From the IMG/VR virus record IMGVR_UViG_3300047558_000092: a DNA stretch of 64,000 nt; one strand, written 5' to 3'. This stretch comes from a virus (Duplodnaviria > Heunggongvirae > Uroviricota > Caudoviricetes). Below the pieces are notes generated by a model. It made no database searches. It was not told the DNA's origin and saw only the letters and a program-made list of their open reading frames with translations. This document shows, piece by piece, positions 20,757 through 29,538 of this stretch (the stretch's first letter is position 1; every line of letters starts with the position of its first letter). Made by a program: the position numbers and the translations under genes.

Positions 20757-20790
20757 GAAAAACCCGAAGGTTTTATCCCTCGGGTCTTAT
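20757..20790 (-). terminator. rho-independent terminator (minus strand)
   Basis: acccgaggg...ccttcgggt hairpin followed by TTTTTCG on the minus strand. Confidence 0.5.
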
Positions 20791-20794
20791 TAAA

Positions 20795-21013
20795 TTAGCT
20801 ACGTGAAATATCGATAGCTTTGAGAACTTCGTTAGACTTTGCAATTAAGTCGTCTACTTTATTCTTTACAATAGCCTTAGCTACTGCGCTTAGAATAGCA
20901 GGGTCTAAGCCTGATTCTTTTGCTTCATCCTTAACGGCTTTAACGTCTTCGGCAAGCGATTGTTCTTCTGTGTATAAGCGTACTAGCTTTGCGATTGCTT
21001 CTTTACTTTGCAT
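20795..21013 (-). CDS. hypothetical protein
   Basis: 72 aa helical Ala/Lys-rich ORF. Confidence 0.4.
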   Translation of the reverse strand: MQSKEAIAKLVRLYTEEQSLAEDVKAVKDEAKESGLDPAILSAVAKAIVKNKVDDLIAKSNEVLKAIDISRS

Positions 21014-21014
21014 A

Positions 21015-21221
21015 TTAATCCTTTTTAAATGACACGCTTGAACGTAATGTTAAATTCAACACTACAACTGCTAACCAACTATAAAAGTTGTATGGAATAG
21101 CCAATAGAGGGAACAATGTATTCACTGCCCACAATGTAACCAACGGGCCAAAAATTAAAGCTAAGATTGCAAATGCAAGAATTGCAATAAGGCTTAAAAT
21201 ATCTTTATTTGTTTTTGTCAT
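21015..21221 (-). CDS. small membrane protein
   Basis: 68 aa, two TM helices. Confidence 0.4.
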   Translation of the reverse strand: MTKTNKDILSLIAILAFAILALIFGPLVTLWAVNTLFPLLAIPYNFYSWLAVVVLNLTLRSSVSFKKD

Positions 21222-21242
21222 AAATTCCTTTCAGTAATCTAT

Positions 21243-21262
21243 GGAAAAGGGCCGAAGCCCTT
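21243..21262 (-). terminator. rho-independent terminator (minus strand)
   Basis: aagggc-ttcg-gccctt followed by TTTTCC on the minus strand, just downstream of the SSB stop. Confidence 0.5.
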
Positions 21263-21266
21263 AACC

Positions 21267-21920
21267 TTAGAATGGTGTATCTTCATCCTCAGCTGCTTCT
21301 TTAGCGACTTTAGCCTTAGCAGGTTTAGCAGCCTTAGCTGGCTTCTCTGCAGGGGTATCGTCACCATCGCCAGCGTCATCATCGAATTCAGAACCAGCTT
21401 GGTAATTACTCTCAGATTGAGTGTACTCAACTAAGTCTGTTACTAAAACGTTCTTTAAGAACAATGATGCACCACCAGTTTGACGTTCAAACTTATCTAC
21501 GCTAATAGAACCGTATGAACCGTTACCGATTAACTTGGAATGTGTAATATCGACTAGTGTTTTACCGACTTTTTCGAAGGCTTTTGGTTGGTAGAGTTCA
21601 GGTACTGGTTTGCCAGTTTTGCCAAGCTCGACACTCTTGCGTAATGTAAAGACCCATACATTCTTTCCATCACCTTCAGGAGGTGCTACCTTGTAGATAT
21701 TTTCGAATTCTGTACGCTTAACTTTCTTGAGGGAAATCATCGTATCTAATTCTTTTGCATATGCTTCTAGATCATCTGCATAATCTTCATCGGTAATAAC
21801 TACGCTTGCTTTCCATTCATCAGGCTTCTTAGGTGCGCCAGCTTTTTGTAGCGCCTTCTTTGCCTCGTGAACGGAAACGTAAACTAACATACCAGAAATT
21901 TTTTCTCTGTTAAAACTCAT
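21267..21920 (-). CDS. single-stranded DNA-binding protein, T7 gp2.5-like, with acidic C-terminal tail ending in Phe
   Basis: 217 aa; OB-fold-sized N-terminal region; C-terminus ...DDDAGDGDDTPAEKPAKAAKPAKAKVAKEAAEDEDTPF (acidic tail plus terminal F as in T7 gp2.5). Confidence 0.65.
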   Translation of the reverse strand: MSFNREKISGMLVYVSVHEAKKALQKAGAPKKPDEWKASVVITDEDYADDLEAYAKELDTMISLKKVKRTEFENIYKVAPPEGDGKNVWVFTLRKSVELGKTGKPVPELYQPKAFEKVGKTLVDITHSKLIGNGSYGSISVDKFERQTGGASLFLKNVLVTDLVEYTQSESNYQAGSEFDDDAGDGDDTPAEKPAKAAKPAKAKVAKEAAEDEDTPF

Positions 21921-21998
21921 ATAAACTCCTTACTTTAGGGTTGACTTTAGGATTGACTATTTTTGGTAGTTTTGATAGGTCTACCAACCTATAAACGC

Positions 21999-22027
21999 AT
22001 TATAACAGAATCGTTATAAATTGTCAA
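21999..22027 (-). promoter_or_regulatory. consensus sigma70-type promoter for the SSB operon
   Basis: on the minus strand: TTGACA, 17 nt spacer, TATAAT, about 70 nt upstream of the SSB start. Confidence 0.6.
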
Positions 22028-22028
22028 C

Positions 22029-22104
22029 TGGTGCGACAGGATGGAATTGAACCACCGACCAAGGTATTATGAGTACCCTGCTCTAACCACTGAGCTACTG
22101 TCGC
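22029..22104 (-). tRNA. tRNA-Met (anticodon CAT)
   Basis: reverse complement folds as GCGACAG-TA-GCTC-AGTGGTTA-GAGC-A-GGGTA-CTCATAA-TACCT-TGGTC-GGTGG-TTCAATT-CCATC-CTGTCGC-A-CCA. Confidence 0.8.
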
Positions 22105-22109
22105 TTATC

Positions 22110-22559
22110 TTATACTTTATCGAAGACTGTGACTTGTTTTACTGTAGGCTTTACAATAAAGAAGCTTCGCATTTCCGAACCATCATATGAAGAGTAGTAA
22201 CCGTCAAACTTAACGAAGCAGTCTTCTACACCGTCACTGAACGAATAAACTTTCCAGTAAACATTACCGTCTTCCTCTTCGTCACCGCCTAGTGATTCAG
22301 CAAGATGGAATGTAATATTATGCGGTACAAAACGTGCCTTGATTTTATTGACAGCTGTAGCATTACAGTATCCACGGAACATGCATTCCTCTACATCAGA
22401 ACGAGGTGTATCTTCTAAGAAGTAGATAACCTTATCCGCTAACGAAGCTTTCTTGAGTAATTCAGCTTCTTTCTCAGCTACCAAGGCAGCAATCTGGTCT
22501 TTCAAGGTTTTTGTTTCCTCTTTTAACTGAGCGCGTAATGTCTTCTTAACCATATACAA
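22110..22559 (-). CDS. hypothetical protein, paralog A of a duplicated ~65 aa C-terminal domain
   Basis: 149 aa; N-terminal coiled coil; C-terminal VYWKVYSFSDGVEDCFVKFDGYYSSYDGSEM homologous to the next ORF. Confidence 0.5.
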   Translation of the reverse strand: MYMVKKTLRAQLKEETKTLKDQIAALVAEKEAELLKKASLADKVIYFLEDTPRSDVEECMFRGYCNATAVNKIKARFVPHNITFHLAESLGGDEEEDGNVYWKVYSFSDGVEDCFVKFDGYYSSYDGSEMRSFFIVKPTVKQVTVFDKV

Positions 22560-22911
22560 TTACCTCCACTTTCTTAGGTTTTACGAACGAGTACTCAGTC
22601 ATTTCAGAGCCATTGTAGGATTGATACCAGCCGTTAAACTTAACAAACTGTTCTTCACTATCTTTAGTAAATTTGTAGACTGTCCAGTACTGGTCACCTT
22701 CGCCTTCACCACCATGCTGCTCTACACACTCAAACTTGATGTTAGCTTCATTCAATGCTTTACTTAAAGCACCCACAGACTCTTCATCACCCTCTTCATC
22801 AAAGTCGTAGTACTCATCGGTAATACCTTCGTGAAAGAATCCCTGTTCTAAGATACTGTCACTTGTTTCACCAAATAAACTACCTAATGTTGCTTTCAAA
22901 CTCATACTCAC
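22546..22911 (-). CDS. hypothetical protein, paralog B (acidic N-terminus)
   Basis: 121 aa; QYWTVYKFTKDSEEQFVKFNGWYQSYNGSEM region is about 50% identical to paralog A. Confidence 0.5.
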   Translation of the reverse strand: MSMSLKATLGSLFGETSDSILEQGFFHEGITDEYYDFDEEGDEESVGALSKALNEANIKFECVEQHGGEGEGDQYWTVYKFTKDSEEQFVKFNGWYQSYNGSEMTEYSFVKPKKVEVIVYG

Positions 22912-23711
22912 TCCTTTTCTAAGATTGCTTTTACAGCGTTAATTTTGTCTGCATTAAACAGACCGAGAATACTAGGGTAGTTATCGATAGCAAAATCTCT
23001 AAACCAACCTGAGCATAATGTCGTACATACTTTATCTAGCGACTTAGTATACGCTAAACGATAAGGGTAATTCCATTCTTTAGGTACAAGAAATCTTTCG
23101 ATACTGATTACATATGTTTCTTCAGCTACACACCGAATCTTTTCATCAAACGTTAGCTTATGCCACAAATCTCTGTCGCACCACGCAGAAGTTGAATTAT
23201 GCTGAAGTTGAGTATACAACGGACGAGAATAAAATGCAACTAGTTCGTGTAAATAATCGTGATTATATTTCTTAGTAACAGCGTCATCAAAGAAATCGTC
23301 AACTGATTGATTTAAGTTTGGGTTGCCTTGTGGAAACTCTAAGTGTGTCATTCTTGTACGTAAACCCAACAGCATTTCATCTAAATCATTGAACATGGGT
23401 CGCACATCTGCTAGACCAAATTTATGATAGTGAGTAATATGTTTTTGAAACGACAAATTACGCCACAGGTGACTTCGCTTGACTATAGCTAATCCGATTG
23501 GGTCTACTACGTGCAAGGTCTTGCCATTAAACTGTACAGTCTTCTGTGTTGCATATTGCTCAAGTTCATGATTCAATAGGAACTCAGGGTTATGCCATTC
23601 TGTATCTTCAATAGGTTCTTTACTGATTACGTCCCAATCAGTATCAACCTTAATTTTAAGGGATGGCTCCCAAACGCTTAAAGCTCGTGAACCAATCAAA
23701 AGATTTTTCAT
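22908..23711 (-). CDS. hypothetical protein, possible Pol-beta-type nucleotidyltransferase fold
   Basis: 267 aa; N-terminal GS-x14-DTDWDV resembles the GS...[DE]h[DE]h nucleotidyltransferase motif; otherwise no recognisable features. Confidence 0.3.
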   Translation of the reverse strand: MKNLLIGSRALSVWEPSLKIKVDTDWDVISKEPIEDTEWHNPEFLLNHELEQYATQKTVQFNGKTLHVVDPIGLAIVKRSHLWRNLSFQKHITHYHKFGLADVRPMFNDLDEMLLGLRTRMTHLEFPQGNPNLNQSVDDFFDDAVTKKYNHDYLHELVAFYSRPLYTQLQHNSTSAWCDRDLWHKLTFDEKIRCVAEETYVISIERFLVPKEWNYPYRLAYTKSLDKVCTTLCSGWFRDFAIDNYPSILGLFNADKINAVKAILEKE

Positions 23712-24021
23712 ATTACTCCTTCAAAGTATACTAAGGTTTATTCGTCAAACTCCTTAGATGGTTAATCTAAGTCCTAACGCTTTTCGAACCGTGGACCAAT
23801 ACGGCAGGAATAAACCTTAGTATACCCTCAGTCCCTAAACTGAAAATATACTCTCTTTTGTGTATCGGACGAGAATCCTCAAGTCTAGAAGGCCCGTACA
23901 GTTACTCGACTAATTGTAACATGTATTTTACCCATATGCGGCAAGATTTATGCTCACATGGCGCTGAAGTGTGCTGCTAACTCTAGGGATACGAGCAACA
24001 AGCATAGCGGGACTTATTATA

Positions 24022-24098
24022 TGGTGTGTCTGGAGGGATTCGAACCCCCGACATGCGATGTAGAAGATCGCTGTTCTGTCCAACTGAACTACAGACAC
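24022..24098 (-). tRNA. tRNA-Arg (anticodon TCT)
   Basis: reverse complement GTGTCTG-TA-GTTC-AGTTGGACA-GAAC-A-GCGAT-CTTCTAC-ATCGC-ATGTC-GGGGG-TTCGAAT-CCCTC-CAGACAC-A-CCA. Confidence 0.8.
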
Positions 24099-24177
24099 TT
24101 GTTTGTACGGGCTTTGCACCCGATGGTAGCTCAATCTCAGCTATGAGTTATTAGGGCGCGACCCTAACATGCCTAGA

Positions 24178-25914
24178 TTATAACATAATATTAACGATGT
24201 TACGAATCTCTTCGATAGAAGTTTCTTTTACAAGCTTACCATCTTTAAAGACAGTTTGCAAGCAACCTTGCGCTTCTTGTTCTTTGGTTTGTTGGTCATA
24301 CAAAACAAACTTACCATCTTCAAACTCTACTCGCAATAAACCTTTGGCAGATTTCTTAGTACCGTTATCAGTAATAGGGTCTTTGAATAACTCAGAACCT
24401 TCACCGTTAACTTCAGCATAAGTAGCTTTCATAGCAAAACCAAATGAATCACGAGTGACATATTGGTAAGTATAAGAGCCGATACCGAAGACTACGTTAC
24501 TAGAAGCAAAACCTTTGGCTTTCAAACGTTTAAGAATCTGGTCAGCACGTTCTAAGGTAATTGAATCACCGTAGATTAAACCAACGTGTTCATCAAGCAT
24601 CTTGAAACCTTCAGCATTGATTGTACCACCGAATGTATCCCACAAGCATTGTACTGCACCTTTTTGTGCTGGAGTTAACTCAACAGGTTCAAAACTTTGT
24701 AGGTTACTTCCATCGACATAGTAGTATTGCTTGTCGTAACGGTTCCATTCAATCTCAACAACAGCCTTATAAACTTGACCTTGAAACTTGAAGTAATCGG
24801 TTACAACATATTCACCACACTCACCGTGGTCAGTTGTAGCTGCTACATTATTTTCAATCATATCTTGAGCATAGTCTTTTGCTTGTTCAATATCTGAAAA
24901 AGCAAAGGGCCACTTACTTAAATCTGTCACTTCGATACCACAAATGATTTCAACAGGGTCACCAGAATCGGGACGGAATACGACTTTGTTCAAACCAATA
25001 GCGTTAGGAGTACGAGCCATAATCTCAGGCTTTAACTCTGCAGCCATGTCGGTAATAACATGCCAGAAATCCCATGTGTCGCTAACAATACTGACAACAC
25101 CAGAAGGACAGACTTCAGTAATCAAACGGCGAAAGGTTTCAATCTCTGATTCTTTACCACCAGCACACATAACTGAGTGTTCAGTAGCAGGTACAGAACC
25201 ACCGATAAACGTGTTTAAACCACCGTAGAAGGCTTCCAAATAGTCAATGGCAGGGATAGTATCAGTACCCAAGAAAGAGACTAAGTGACCGCTGGCGCTG
25301 GCAGCATCGTTCAGACCGCTTAAACCACGGTAACTGAAGTCATGACCTTGCCACAATACGAAGTCTAATGGCGCACCAGTTTCCTTAGCATACTGAGTGA
25401 GAAGCTTGCGATATTCAAACGCAGTAGTTGCTGTAGTGATTGGCTTCCAAAGCTCAGTACTAATTGCAGTCTCAAGATAGTTAGTCAACCAGAAGAATTC
25501 TGGCAATGTATTCTTGATAGTCAATACTGGTACTTTGATATCGACCAATGAACCTTCTGGCAAAGCTTTGATTTCGATTGGCAAGTAACCTAAATCCCAC
25601 AAGGCAGCAATGTGTTCAGTACCGACAACACCTTCACCTAGGGACATATCCACACGGCGCTTGTACTCAGCAACTACTTGAGAACGAGACTTACAGAAAA
25701 AACCATAGTTGAAAGTGTCAATCAAGAAGGATTTGATAAAACCTTGCAAACCATACCAAAGAATTTTCTCTGGTTTCTTAGCGCCAGCACTAGGTGCAAG
25801 ACGATTAGAGCGAGGTGTGAAGTTGCTGTAAATCATAGTAGTACCTTTAGGGTACATATCTTTGTGGCCTACTTTGTAAAAATCACAAGCTGTCATTGGA
25901 TTAATAAAACTCAT
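24178..25914 (-). CDS. nicotinamide phosphoribosyltransferase family protein (NAMPT/NadV or NARP1 Namat-type)
   Basis: 578 aa; N-terminal MSFINPMTACDFYKVGHKDMYP matches the NAMPT family start; full-length PRTase type II size. Confidence 0.85.
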   Translation of the reverse strand: MSFINPMTACDFYKVGHKDMYPKGTTMIYSNFTPRSNRLAPSAGAKKPEKILWYGLQGFIKSFLIDTFNYGFFCKSRSQVVAEYKRRVDMSLGEGVVGTEHIAALWDLGYLPIEIKALPEGSLVDIKVPVLTIKNTLPEFFWLTNYLETAISTELWKPITTATTAFEYRKLLTQYAKETGAPLDFVLWQGHDFSYRGLSGLNDAASASGHLVSFLGTDTIPAIDYLEAFYGGLNTFIGGSVPATEHSVMCAGGKESEIETFRRLITEVCPSGVVSIVSDTWDFWHVITDMAAELKPEIMARTPNAIGLNKVVFRPDSGDPVEIICGIEVTDLSKWPFAFSDIEQAKDYAQDMIENNVAATTDHGECGEYVVTDYFKFQGQVYKAVVEIEWNRYDKQYYYVDGSNLQSFEPVELTPAQKGAVQCLWDTFGGTINAEGFKMLDEHVGLIYGDSITLERADQILKRLKAKGFASSNVVFGIGSYTYQYVTRDSFGFAMKATYAEVNGEGSELFKDPITDNGTKKSAKGLLRVEFEDGKFVLYDQQTKEQEAQGCLQTVFKDGKLVKETSIEEIRNIVNIML

Positions 25915-25925
25915 TTTAAACTCCT

Positions 25926-26726
25926 TTAAATGACTGTCACAGAATCTGCAACAGATTGGTTCATGTTGTTGTGTACGTAGATTGTATCATAGAGTTTCAA
26001 CAATTCGTCCGTACCTTTAGAAAAAATTCCATGCGTTACATAAAGATTCAACGATGTGATATTTGGTTGTGTCCGTTTTAGCATTTCAGCTAAAGACAAG
26101 AAAGTAGCACCACCATCACAGATATCGTCTACCACGCATACATCACCACTAATTGTATCATATGCTTCACCAAAATAAGTTACTTGACCGTCTTTACGGG
26201 TCTTTAGTAATGTGTGACAAAGTGTACCTAAGCCAACCTGATAGTGTGTCATGACCTTCTCAGCTGCACCTTTATCTGGTGCAATTAGTACGCTAAACTT
26301 AGGCAAGTACTTAGCGCACGATGCCTGTGACATATGTTGAACTTGTACGCCATAACCCATCAAAGCTTGATGTGTAACTTCACTGTGCATATCCTTGATG
26401 TAGATGTTATTGTAGTGAGGGAAAGCCTTCAACATATGTGCAAATACACGCAATGCAAAGCTTTCACCTTCATGGCACACACGGTCTTGACGACCATAAG
26501 GAAAGTATGGAATAAACAAATCAATGTTGTCACGTTGAACACCTTGTACAGCTAATGCATCTAACATGTTCAGTGCAATAAAGATTTCATCTGACGTAGG
26601 CATAGTCAGTACAATTCCTACCTTTTCGTGCTTTTCAATTTGTGGGATTTTTACACCCACTTCACCAGCTGGAAATTTCCAACTCTTAAACTCAACCTCA
26701 TGACCGTTTACTTTTAAATTAATCAT
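25926..26726 (-). CDS. ribose-phosphate pyrophosphokinase-like protein (Prs, or ADPR-PP synthetase of NARP1 type)
   Basis: 266 aa; PRPP-binding loop CVVDDICDGGATF; shorter than canonical Prs (~315 aa); adjacent to the NAMPT-like gene. Confidence 0.75.
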   Translation of the reverse strand: MINLKVNGHEVEFKSWKFPAGEVGVKIPQIEKHEKVGIVLTMPTSDEIFIALNMLDALAVQGVQRDNIDLFIPYFPYGRQDRVCHEGESFALRVFAHMLKAFPHYNNIYIKDMHSEVTHQALMGYGVQVQHMSQASCAKYLPKFSVLIAPDKGAAEKVMTHYQVGLGTLCHTLLKTRKDGQVTYFGEAYDTISGDVCVVDDICDGGATFLSLAEMLKRTQPNITSLNLYVTHGIFSKGTDELLKLYDTIYVHNNMNQSVADSVTVI

Positions 26727-27198
26727 CTGTAACTCCTTTGTGACGTTTCAAATACCTTGTTGCAGATTCTAACACAGAAACCTTATCCTGTAAGAACCCT
26801 AACGCTCTGTTGCATAAATTACACAATAGACCTCTGACCTTACCTGTCTCATGGTCGTGGTCTACAGCGAATGAAACTAATCGGTCATTCGCTACGCCTT
26901 CACCAGCAGGATTGATAGTACCACAAATTGCACAAGAGTTGCCTTGGCTTTCTAAAATATTTTCATATTCCATATATGCCATATTGTATTTAAACATTAG
27001 CCACCGTCTTTTGTAACCCAACCAAGTTGGATTTTCTTTCTTAGGTATGTTACGGTTTCTAGAGGTCTTTCTTGCAAGATTATCACAAGATTTGCATCTA
27101 TAACCGTACCCATCTTTCTCCCTATTGGATTTATAGAACGATTGTAACGATTTTTCTTCTTTACATACAGTACAAGTTTTCAATGGCACTGCCCCCAT
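26719..27198 (-). CDS. endonuclease VII-family (T4 gp49-like) resolvase/HNH nuclease
   Basis: 159 aa; CAICGT...LSFAVDHDHETGKVRGLLCNLCNRALG Endo VII zinc motif; N-terminal CxxC...CxxC. Confidence 0.75.
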   Translation of the reverse strand: MGAVPLKTCTVCKEEKSLQSFYKSNREKDGYGYRCKSCDNLARKTSRNRNIPKKENPTWLGYKRRWLMFKYNMAYMEYENILESQGNSCAICGTINPAGEGVANDRLVSFAVDHDHETGKVRGLLCNLCNRALGFLQDKVSVLESATRYLKRHKGVTDD

Positions 27199-29477
27199 GA
27201 GGAACCGGGTATATACTCGAATCCTAATTCCACTCTTAAGTTTAACTCTTTCACAGCGGTTTTAATCCCTTCTTCAATACATTGAACTGGCAAGGTTTTT
27301 AGACCTACATATGGCCCTTTAGAACCGTGACCAATTGCACTACAACCTTCATTAGCTTCTACAAACTCTTTAGCTTCGTCTTCTGTAGTAAAGCCTTTGA
27401 CTTGCATCAATGAAGGATGACAAGCCATTTGTTGTTCGTCATGCATGTGAATTAGCCACCACACCTTAGAATCTGCTTTGGTATCGCTAAACGGGTCACC
27501 TAAGATACCGCGCTCTTCCATAGCTTGAGCTAATCGTACAGCAGACCACTTAGCAGCAATAGCGCCGCCAGATTGGAATAGAACGTTAATAAGGCTGTGT
27601 TTACTGCGTGTTGATAGCAGACGACCATCTAGACCTTTAATGTGCTTCTTATCGCGTGATACCCATGCCTTTTCCAAGTCTTCTTTTAGCTCCTTCAATG
27701 CAGGTACAGCGTCCCAATAGTTGTTGAATAGTACCTTGGCCTCTTCCAAACTAATGCCTAGCATCTTAGCAAGCTTCTTAGGTTGAGCGCCATAAATAGC
27801 AGCATAACTAAATGACTTCGCTGAGTTACGGTCAATACCTAATTTACGTGCGTTGATACTGTGAATATCATTTGGCTTCTCTGCAATCAGTGAAATAGCT
27901 AATGCTTCACCGTCAGTGTACGGCAGTACATAGTGACCCATTACACGCGCTTCCAATGATGCGAAGTCGTAGCCTAGTTGCCACAGACCTTTACCAGCAC
28001 CAAATAGGTTACGCATTTGCTCACCGTATAACGAAGTTACACGAGGAACGTTACATACAATCTTGTGACGGTATCGACCAGTGTTAGCACCTAACGTATC
28101 AGCAGGTGTAGGAATACGACCATCTTCACGGACGTTAGCCAAGAAGCCTGTTACGGGGTCACCATCCTCGTCTAGTACACCACCAGCAATTGAATTACGG
28201 CGGTGACGGTACGTGTAGTAATGCACAACGTCTTTTACGAACTCTGCTTTTTCACCTAACTGAATAAGTGCAGGACAGATTTCTTTTTCAACACCTACTG
28301 TTAGCTTTGGTGTAGTTGGCAAATAGATTGGTTTACTACCGTCAATCTTACCTTCTAAGAACCGCTGTAGGTTATTCATACTGCAGCCGAGCATATCTAA
28401 ACGTAACTCACGGAATACGGATGTTTCGGTTTGTTGTACGTAGCGTTCAATGGCGACTAAGATTTCAGCATATGTGCGGATTGATTTATCAGTCTTCTTG
28501 ACAATATCACGTTCTTTAACTTCTGTTGGCTCCCAACCTAATGAAATCAAGTAACCCTTTACTACATCAATATCTTCAATGTCAGCATCTACGTGTGTCT
28601 TCAATGGCTCATCAGTAGTAATCGGAAATGTTTTCCCTTCGAAAACAATCGTTTCCTTATCTTCAGATAATACAGCACCAGTTTTCTCACAGAACTTTAG
28701 AAGGTGTGACGATACATCACCATTCTTTTTAAAGCGAATCTTCGGTAGCTCATAGAAACTGGCAGCTACCTTAGTCATGCGCTTCTTAGGTAACAATGGG
28801 TCTACCGTCTTAGCGATATCTGCCATCATCTTATTAAGCTCTACAAGGTTTTGCTCTGCTAATTGCACGTTAAAGTCAAAGCCGAACAACTCTTGACGTA
28901 GTGTTAAATCCGTAAGCTTAATCTCAACAGAGTATGCGCGGTCCCAAGGATAGTCACCCTTCTCTTCAAGCAACTCGTAATGTACAGTCTCGTTGACACT
29001 TGTATCTTGAATACAGTAATCCAACATTTCCTGTGAGAAACGGTCCCACTCTTCGAAGTGAGTTTTGTGGTTACCTAAACGCTTACCCCATGCGTCAAGA
29101 CTATGACCACCGAAACGGTCAGGACTGAGCAACTTAGACCACAGCAATGTATCTGTAATCTTGCAAGGTACACCAAAGACTGTAGATGGTTGGTCAGGAT
29201 AACCTACACGGTAATCCATTACACCGTACAGCTTCAATACTGGCAAGTCGAATGCAACAATGTTATGACCGATAATCTCGGTGCAGTCTCGCAGGATATG
29301 CTGCAAACGTTCTTTGGTAATCTCTTCTTTAACCAATGAAATAACGGCTTTAGTGTCCAAGTTACGGATAACTACACACCATACCTTGTAATCAGGTTTG
29401 AGTGCATATGGCATCACAGAGTAATCCAAACCGTTCTGTAAAAGGTTGGTACTCTCAATGTCTATAATAAAACGCAT
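27180..29477 (-). CDS. DNA polymerase, family A, with 3'-5' exonuclease domain
   Basis: 765 aa; N-terminal exonuclease region; motif A GYDFASLEARV, motif B RNSAKSFSYAAIYG, motif C HMHDEQQ. Confidence 0.9.
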   Translation of the reverse strand: MRFIIDIESTNLLQNGLDYSVMPYALKPDYKVWCVVIRNLDTKAVISLVKEEITKERLQHILRDCTEIIGHNIVAFDLPVLKLYGVMDYRVGYPDQPSTVFGVPCKITDTLLWSKLLSPDRFGGHSLDAWGKRLGNHKTHFEEWDRFSQEMLDYCIQDTSVNETVHYELLEEKGDYPWDRAYSVEIKLTDLTLRQELFGFDFNVQLAEQNLVELNKMMADIAKTVDPLLPKKRMTKVAASFYELPKIRFKKNGDVSSHLLKFCEKTGAVLSEDKETIVFEGKTFPITTDEPLKTHVDADIEDIDVVKGYLISLGWEPTEVKERDIVKKTDKSIRTYAEILVAIERYVQQTETSVFRELRLDMLGCSMNNLQRFLEGKIDGSKPIYLPTTPKLTVGVEKEICPALIQLGEKAEFVKDVVHYYTYRHRRNSIAGGVLDEDGDPVTGFLANVREDGRIPTPADTLGANTGRYRHKIVCNVPRVTSLYGEQMRNLFGAGKGLWQLGYDFASLEARVMGHYVLPYTDGEALAISLIAEKPNDIHSINARKLGIDRNSAKSFSYAAIYGAQPKKLAKMLGISLEEAKVLFNNYWDAVPALKELKEDLEKAWVSRDKKHIKGLDGRLLSTRSKHSLINVLFQSGGAIAAKWSAVRLAQAMEERGILGDPFSDTKADSKVWWLIHMHDEQQMACHPSLMQVKGFTTEDEAKEFVEANEGCSAIGHGSKGPYVGLKTLPVQCIEEGIKTAVKELNLRVELGFEYIPGSSWGQCH

Positions 29478-29538
29478 AACTTCCTTTCAAAATGCAATAA
29501 GCCCCAAGTCTATCACAACTTAGGGCTTACGTCAACTG

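Noticed and set aside
21239-21430. 63 aa minus ORF
   Set aside because: Entirely inside the SSB gene region in another frame.
23712-24021. Additional tRNA between 22908..23711 and tRNA-Arg
   Set aside because: A TTCGAA-containing stretch near 23780 cannot be folded into a cloverleaf on either strand.
23928-24146. Overlapping + and - ORFs (68 and 62 aa)
   Set aside because: They overlap the tRNA-Arg(TCT) gene and its flanks; intergenic or tRNA region rather than coding.
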